Shown here one piece after another: positions 58,474 through 64,000 of a stretch of DNA of 64,000 nt. Both the position numbers and the translations under genes were made by a program. The stretch covers positions 10,311 to 74,310 of the forward strand of contig JAIORP010000029.1 in assembly GCA_021108075.1 (NCBI GenBank). Reading direction: 5' to 3'. The notes under the pieces are model-generated. The model worked only from the letters and a program-made list of their open reading frames with translations, ran no database searches and had not been told where the DNA came from. Source of the stretch: Candidatus Omnitrophota bacterium (lineage in GTDB: Bacteria > Omnitrophota > Gorgyraeia > Zapsychrales > Zapsychraceae). The number at the start of each line of letters is the position of its first letter. Position 1 is the first letter of the stretch.

Positions 58474-59819
58474 GACAGTACGTTTTTATATTTTGTAGGA
58501 TGGATATTAAAGGAAAGAAAATTACAATCATTGGTGGGAAGCGAAGCGGTCAAGCTGTGGCCCGTTTGATTATTGCTCAGGAGGGGATTGTTTTTTTGAG
58601 CGACCAACAGGGTATGACGGCCTATACGAAAGATTTCATCACTTGGGCACAATCGCATGATGTGACTTTTGATATGGAGGGTCATGACAAGTCTATGATC
58701 CAGAAAAGTGATGTGGTCGTTTTAAGTCCAGGTGTTCCCGTAAATGCCGTGGTTGTTGATTGGGCCCGGCAGGCGGATATCCCTGTTTTAGGTGAGATAG
58801 AGTTTTCTTATCAATTTTGTCGAGCCCCGGTGATTGCTGTCACGGGGAGCAATGGCAAAACAACTGTGTCGACGTTGACTTATCAAGTCCTTAAGTCTTC
58901 CGGTTATAACGTGCAGCTTTGCGGAAATATTGGCGCGCCGTTCGCTGATTATGTCGGGCAGAGTTCAAAGTTGGACTATGTTGTTTTAGAACTCAGTTCT
59001 TTTCAATTGGAATCTTTATTAAACGCTGATTCTAAGTATTTTTATCCTGCTGGTTATAAGGGGCTTTCATTTAAAGGTTTTTGTCCGCATATTGCCGTTT
59101 TTTTAAATTTTAGCCAAAATCATTTGGACCGCCATAAAGATTTAGCGGAATATTTTGATGCAAAAAGAAAGATATTCAGGAATCAGACAAAGGAGCAATT
59201 TGCTGTGCTCAATGCTCAGGATGGGAGTAGCGGGCGGTTAAGCGGATGTCTTTCCTCAACGATCAGATATTTTAATCATTCTTCATCGAAGAAAGAATCG
59301 GACATGAAGAATCCTAACTTCCGGACTGTCAGAGTGGTTGCGGATATCGTTGGGATCAATCATGAACGGTGCCTGGATGTTTTTAGGCGCTTTAAAGGGG
59401 TCGAGCATCGGATGGAATTTGTTCGGGAAAGAAACGGAGTGAAATACATTAATGATTCTAAGGCGACCACCGTCGCTTCAGGGCGATGGGCTCTTAACAA
59501 TATTCATGCTCCCATCATTATGATTTGTGGGGGTAAAGATAAGAATTTAGATTTTACCGTTATTAAAGTAGATATCGCTCGTCAGGTAAAGAAAATTTAT
59601 GTGATTGGAGAGGCGAAAGACAAAATCAGGCGTGCATATAAAGATATCCTCAATGTTGTTTCGTGCTCTTCTTTGGAAGAAGCCGTTTCTTTGGCCAGCC
59701 AGACCGCAAGGGAAGGGGATTATGTCCTTTTTTGTCCCATGTGTGCGAGCTTTGATATGTTTGATAATTTTGAACACCGTGGAAAAGTTTATAAGAAGAT
59801 TGTGACGCAATTAAAATGA
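58470..59819 (+). CDS. murD: UDP-N-acetylmuramoylalanine--D-glutamate ligase (probable true start ATG 58500, MDIKGKKITIIGG)
   Basis: Rossmann N-domain GGKRSGQA and P-loop GSNGKTT. Confidence 0.9.
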   Translation: MRQYVFIFCRMDIKGKKITIIGGKRSGQAVARLIIAQEGIVFLSDQQGMTAYTKDFITWAQSHDVTFDMEGHDKSMIQKSDVVVLSPGVPVNAVVVDWARQADIPVLGEIEFSYQFCRAPVIAVTGSNGKTTVSTLTYQVLKSSGYNVQLCGNIGAPFADYVGQSSKLDYVVLELSSFQLESLLNADSKYFYPAGYKGLSFKGFCPHIAVFLNFSQNHLDRHKDLAEYFDAKRKIFRNQTKEQFAVLNAQDGSSGRLSGCLSSTIRYFNHSSSKKESDMKNPNFRTVRVVADIVGINHERCLDVFRRFKGVEHRMEFVRERNGVKYINDSKATTVASGRWALNNIHAPIIMICGGKDKNLDFTVIKVDIARQVKKIYVIGEAKDKIRRAYKDILNVVSCSSLEEAVSLASQTAREGDYVLFCPMCASFDMFDNFEHRGKVYKKIVTQLK

Positions 59820-59852
59820 CCGTCGACCCGTAACTAATCTGAAAAAAAATTT

Positions 59853-60941
59853 ATGAAAAATATAAGAATTTCCATTGCTGCTATAACCATGATGCTTATT
59901 AGTTTTGGGATTATTATGGTTTATAGTTCAAGCGGTGTGTATGCCTTAAAATATTTTCAGGATGCGTCGTATTTTTTGAACCGTCATTTGTTTTTTTTAT
60001 TTGTCGGCAGTGTGTTGAGTTTATTTATTCTGGCCGTTGATTATCATCGGTTAAGAAATTTTGCTAAGCCTTTGATGATTTGTACGATTGTTATGCTGGT
60101 GCTTGTCCTGGTTCCTGGTATCGGCCGTGCTAGCTTTGGTGCCCGTCGGTGGTTCAAGTTTGGACCGGTTAATTTCCAGCCGTCAGAGTTTGCGAAGATA
60201 ACACTCACGATTTATTTATCTGACTTTCTTGCGCGCAAGAAGGGGCGGATTATTAGTTTCTGGAATGGTTTTCTACCGGCAATTCTTGTTGTCGGTCTGG
60301 TTTGTCTGTTAGTCGTGAAGCAACCTGATCTGGGGAATTCTTTACTGCTAGGTAGTATTGCCATGATTCTTCTATTTGTTTCCGGGGCACGGATAAGACA
60401 TATATCGACCTTAATTCTGATGGCTCTACCTGTCTTGTATTTTTTGGTTGTCCGGGTTCCCTATCGTATGCGCCGGATTACGGCATTTATTGACCCGTGG
60501 CAAGACAGCCAGGGGGCGGGCTTTCAGCTTTCTCAGTCGCAGATTGCCCTTGGTTCAGGCGGTATTTTTGGTGTGGGATTAGGCAGGAGTGTTCAGAAAA
60601 TGTTTTATTTACCGGCTGCTCATACAGATTTTATCTTATCGATTATTGGAGAAGAACTGGGTTTGGTCGGCACTTTAGTGGTCGTTTTGCTGTTCATTGC
60701 TTTGATTCTTCAGGGGGCAAGAATCATTAAGCGGACGCGGGACCCTTTTGGATATTACCTGGCTTGTGGCATTATAGCGATGATCGGGTTGCAGGCCCTG
60801 GTCAATATCGGTGTCAGCATCGGGGCGTTGCCGACCAAAGGATTGCCATTACCGTTTATCAGTTATGGGGGATCGGCCCTGGTTTTCAATATGATGGCCA
60901 TTGCCCTATTATTAAATATTTCCCGGATGGAAGACACGTGA
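59853..60941 (+). CDS. ftsW: peptidoglycan glycosyltransferase FtsW (SEDS family)
   Basis: 10 TM helices, and SEDS blocks (QPSEFAKI, TDFI). Confidence 0.9.
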   Translation: MKNIRISIAAITMMLISFGIIMVYSSSGVYALKYFQDASYFLNRHLFFLFVGSVLSLFILAVDYHRLRNFAKPLMICTIVMLVLVLVPGIGRASFGARRWFKFGPVNFQPSEFAKITLTIYLSDFLARKKGRIISFWNGFLPAILVVGLVCLLVVKQPDLGNSLLLGSIAMILLFVSGARIRHISTLILMALPVLYFLVVRVPYRMRRITAFIDPWQDSQGAGFQLSQSQIALGSGGIFGVGLGRSVQKMFYLPAAHTDFILSIIGEELGLVGTLVVVLLFIALILQGARIIKRTRDPFGYYLACGIIAMIGLQALVNIGVSIGALPTKGLPLPFISYGGSALVFNMMAIALLLNISRMEDT

Positions 60942-60978
60942 TGATCATTAATAGACAAAGTCAGAAAGACATAAATGC

Positions 60979-62070
60979 ATGAAGATTGTTATCGGCGCCG
61001 GTGGAACAGGCGGACATCTGATCCCCGCAATAGTATTAGCCAAACATTTGAGACGTTTAGGGCATGATATTTCCTTTGTTGGGGCGGCAAAATCAGATGG
61101 ATCCTTAATCACAAAGAGTGGTTTTATTTATTACCGGGTCGCGGGGGAAGGCTTTCAGTCCCGGCGTTGGTTGAATAGAACTTATGTCGTGTTCACTCTT
61201 TTCAAAGGGCTATTGTCCTCTGTATCGATTTTGCGCCATCTTAAGCCGCAGGTTCTGATCGGATTTGGGGGCTATGGTTCCATCCCTGCTGTTTTAGGGG
61301 GGCGGTTGTTAAGAATTCCTTGTATGATCCATGAACAAAATGTGATTCCTGGAAAGGCCAACCGGCTTTTAGTTAAGTTTGTTCAAGGGATCGCAATCAG
61401 CTTTGCGCAAACGGCAGAGCATATTAACGGGGCAAAGGTCATTGTGACGGGTTGTCCGTGCCATGCGGATGAATGCGATGGGGTCTCAGACAAAAAAGGG
61501 TTATATCAATTCTTCAAGTTATCACCGGATAAGCCTACGATTCTGGTCTTTGGGGGTAGTCAAGGCAGTCACTTTATCAACAAAATGTTTTTAGAAACAA
61601 TAGCCGATGTCCACAAAGAAAAAGGTGTTCAAGTCATTCATATTTCTGGAACGGACGACTATCCCTGGTTGAAGAAGGCTTATGATGAAAATGGAATTCC
61701 AGTTGCTTTATTCTCATTCTTCGATAAAATGAATGATGCTTATGGCGTTGCCGATGTCATTGTTGCCAGAGCGGGTGCAGTTACTGTTTCAGAGATCTTA
61801 AGTTTTAATAAATCCGCGCTTCTTATCCCGTATCCTTATGCTGCCGAAGGACATCAGAAAATGAATGGATTAGTCCTGGAACGTAAGGGGCTGGGAAAAG
61901 TTTTAGAAGAAAAAGATATAACGGAAGAATCTTTTAAAGAACATCTCTTCGTTTTGCTAGACAAACACGTTCAAAGGGAAATTTCTGATGTCAATCAAGG
62001 GTTTAACACCCGTCATCCGGTCGAATTATTATCGACAGCATTATTATCACTGGTAAAAAGTAAATCATAA
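60979..62070 (+). CDS. murG: Undecaprenyldiphospho-muramoylpentapeptide beta-N-acetylglucosaminyltransferase
   Basis: GGTGGHLIPA, GGSQGS, and the AGA.TVSEIL C-terminal block. Confidence 0.9.
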   Translation: MKIVIGAGGTGGHLIPAIVLAKHLRRLGHDISFVGAAKSDGSLITKSGFIYYRVAGEGFQSRRWLNRTYVVFTLFKGLLSSVSILRHLKPQVLIGFGGYGSIPAVLGGRLLRIPCMIHEQNVIPGKANRLLVKFVQGIAISFAQTAEHINGAKVIVTGCPCHADECDGVSDKKGLYQFFKLSPDKPTILVFGGSQGSHFINKMFLETIADVHKEKGVQVIHISGTDDYPWLKKAYDENGIPVALFSFFDKMNDAYGVADVIVARAGAVTVSEILSFNKSALLIPYPYAAEGHQKMNGLVLERKGLGKVLEEKDITEESFKEHLFVLLDKHVQREISDVNQGFNTRHPVELLSTALLSLVKSKS

Positions 62071-62865
62071 ATGAAATATAAAAATTTATTACTATTAATA
62101 ATATTTAATTTTTACTTTATTACTGCTTCTAGTATTACATGGAGCCTGGAGGCAAAGAAGTGGACTGAGCACAAGAGCGAGCATTTTATTATTTATTACA
62201 GAACTGCACCAAAAGATTTTGTTAAGACGGTTGAGAAGTCAGCTGAAATATATTACAAAGAGATTACAAGGAATTTGGGTTTTAACCGTTTTCATAGCTG
62301 GACCTGGGACCGTCGCGCTAAGATATATATTTATGACGATAAGGAGGATTATCACCAATCCGGAAAATTTGAATGGTCTCATGGTGTGGCTTTTTCAAGG
62401 GCCAAAGTTATTGAAACGTATCCATCCGCACACGGTTTTTTTGACACCATCCTGCCCCATGAAATCGGGCATATTATTTTTAGGGAGTTTGTTGGTTTTC
62501 GGGCAAGAATTCCAACCTGGTTCGAAGAAGGTGTTGCCATGAATCAAGAAAAAGCCAAAAGATGGGGAGCAGACAAAGTCGTTGCTAAGGCGATTGCTGA
62601 TGAGACGTTTATTCCTTTGACGGACTTGAGTCAAGTCCACCTTAACCGGTTTACGAGTAAAGACACCGTTAAATTGTTTTATGCGGAGTCTGCTTCAATT
62701 GTCAGTTTTATGATCAATAAAGGCGGCAAACATAAATTTGTCCGTTTTTGTCGAAAATTGAAAGATGGTGACCCTTTTGAATGGGTCTTTGAGAAAGTTT
62801 ATTTGCAATATCGTTCAATAGAAAGATTGAATAAATCTTGGGTAAAATATTTACAGGATCAATAA
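62071..62865 (+). CDS. Secreted HExxH (peptidase-MA-like) protein inserted between murG and murC
   Basis: Signal peptide; LPHEIGHIIF zinc-binding motif with a downstream Glu (WFEEGVA). Confidence 0.5.
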   Translation: MKYKNLLLLIIFNFYFITASSITWSLEAKKWTEHKSEHFIIYYRTAPKDFVKTVEKSAEIYYKEITRNLGFNRFHSWTWDRRAKIYIYDDKEDYHQSGKFEWSHGVAFSRAKVIETYPSAHGFFDTILPHEIGHIIFREFVGFRARIPTWFEEGVAMNQEKAKRWGADKVVAKAIADETFIPLTDLSQVHLNRFTSKDTVKLFYAESASIVSFMINKGGKHKFVRFCRKLKDGDPFEWVFEKVYLQYRSIERLNKSWVKYLQDQ

Positions 62866-64000
62866 ATGAAGAAACATTATCATTTTGTCGGTATCGGTGG
62901 TGTCGGTATGGGCGCGATAGCGAAACTGTTGCTTGCAAAAGGTCAGCACGTTAGCGGTTCAGATATCAGATGGAATAAAATTACCAATGAATTAAAAGTC
63001 AAAGGTGCGAAAATATACAGAGGGCATGATTATTTTAACTTGGAAGGAGTAGACTGTGTTGTCGTCTCTACGGCGATTCATCAAGATAACCCGGAATTAT
63101 TAGCCGCGCGCCAAAAAAAAATCCCGATTTATCATCGGGCTGAGTTGCTGGCCGAAATTATGAAGCAATATACATCCATCGCTGTATCCGGAGCGCATGG
63201 TAAAACCACAACATCCGCGATGATTGCGAACGCGCTTTGTGCCGTGGGGTGTGATCCTCAGGTTGTTATTGGCGGGATTGTTGATAACAAAGAATCTTTG
63301 GCCAGGTCAGGTAAAGGCAAATATTTTGTCGCGGAACTCGACGAGAGTGACGGTTCTTTTCTTCAGTTTTATCCAATGTATTCCATTATTACGAACATCG
63401 ACTTGGAACATCTGGATTTTTATAAAGACTGGGATCACGTCATTAAAGTGTACCGGATGTTTGTTCATCAGACGCAACCAGGGGGTTTGGTTATTGCAAA
63501 CGGCGATGACAAAAAATTAAGGCAGATACTGCAAAAGAGTGATGTAACATTTGTCACCTATGGATTTAATCCGTATAATCAAGTGACGGCAAAGAATATC
63601 AAATTTGATAACTTTCAAAGCAGTTTTGACTGTTTTGTCCAGGGCGAGAATAAGGGCCGTGTCGTTCTGAATGTTCCCGGTCAATATAACATTTCAAATG
63701 CCTTGGCTTGTTTAACGTTTACGACATCATTGTCTCTGGATTTCAATAAGGTGAGTGAAAGTTTGGCCAATTATAAGGGCGTTCAACGTCGTTTTCAATT
63801 GATTGGAAAGGTTGAGGATGTTGTGATCGTCGATGACTATGCGCATCATCCGACGGAAATCAGAGCAACCCTCGAAGCAGTTAAACGGTTCCAGCGCAAA
63901 AGAGCGATTATTCTCTTTCAGCCGCATCGTTATTCCCGTTTTCACTTATTATTTAATGATTTTGCAGAAAGTCTCAGCGATTGTGATTATCTCATTGTAA
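62866..64000 (+). CDS. murC: UDP-N-acetylmuramate--L-alanine ligase, 3' partial (runs off the window end)
   Basis: MKKHYHFVGIGGVGMGAIA N-terminus; P-loop GAHGKTTTS; frame 1 stays open to nt 64000. Absent from the ORF track because it has no stop in the window. Confidence 0.9.
   Translation, partial: MKKHYHFVGIGGVGMGAIAKLLLAKGQHVSGSDIRWNKITNELKVKGAKIYRGHDYFNLEGVDCVVVSTAIHQDNPELLAARQKKIPIYHRAELLAEIMKQYTSIAVSGAHGKTTTSAMIANALCAVGCDPQVVIGGIVDNKESLARSGKGKYFVAELDESDGSFLQFYPMYSIITNIDLEHLDFYKDWDHVIKVYRMFVHQTQPGGLVIANGDDKKLRQILQKSDVTFVTYGFNPYNQVTAKNIKFDNFQSSFDCFVQGENKGRVVLNVPGQYNISNALACLTFTTSLSLDFNKVSESLANYKGVQRRFQLIGKVEDVVIVDDYAHHPTEIRATLEAVKRFQRKRAIILFQPHRYSRFHLLFNDFAESLSDCDYLIV

Noticed and set aside
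63224-63520. 98-aa ORF inside the murC region
   Set aside because: Frame 2 ORF, entirely overlapped by the frame-1 murC reading frame (P-loop GAHGKTTTS and Mur ligase domains continue uninterrupted to the window end).

Overview
This 64-kb window looks like a bacterial chromosome segment of moderate-to-low GC, almost entirely + strand-coded housekeeping genes, with one reverse-strand block at 28.1-31.4 kb. The lineage is not identified.

It starts inside a sigma-70 family factor gene (5' partial) and runs through: apt; a TPR/PMT-like membrane protein; tRNA-Arg(CCT); two tandem paralogous porin-like outer-membrane proteins; and a cluster of atypical genes at 8.5-13.2 kb. That cluster holds a membrane CBM-like protein, a ParA/MinD ATPase fused to an AMPK-beta-type glycogen-binding (CBM48) domain, an extremely basic partner-like protein, and a phasin/histone-H1-like lysine-rich protein. 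Then come rpsO-pnp, ftsK, a RodZ-like gene, rimO, pgsA and pgpA, followed by an AT-rich methyltransferase/glycosyltransferase/membrane-protein island at 25.1-30.3 kb. After that are thpR and cinA on the reverse strand, then a riboflavin operon (ribBA-ribH-nusB-PHP-ribD-ribE). Next is a fatty-acid-synthase-like trio whose KAS homologue has all three catalytic residues substituted (Cys-His-His to Phe-Asn-Glu), with fabG and fabZ. The remainder is tRNA-Pro(CGG), acyP, ligA, xerD, cca, rbfA-nrnA-truB-ribF, and a long dcw cluster (mraZ-rsmH-ftsL-ftsI-murE-murF-mraY-murD-ftsW-murG-[HExxH protein]-murC, 3' partial).

No rRNA, CRISPR array, transposase or integrase gene (other than xerD) was seen.

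The strongest candidates for something new are:
- the ParA-CBM48 fusion with its basic downstream partner and nearby phasin-like H1-tailed protein, which may form a storage-granule (glycogen?) positioning or segregation module;
- a family of about 70-110-bp intergenic elements with terminal inverted repeats and a built-in extended -10, present five times;
- the catalytically dead KAS.

All calls are from reading the sequence and translated ORFs by eye; no database searches were run.
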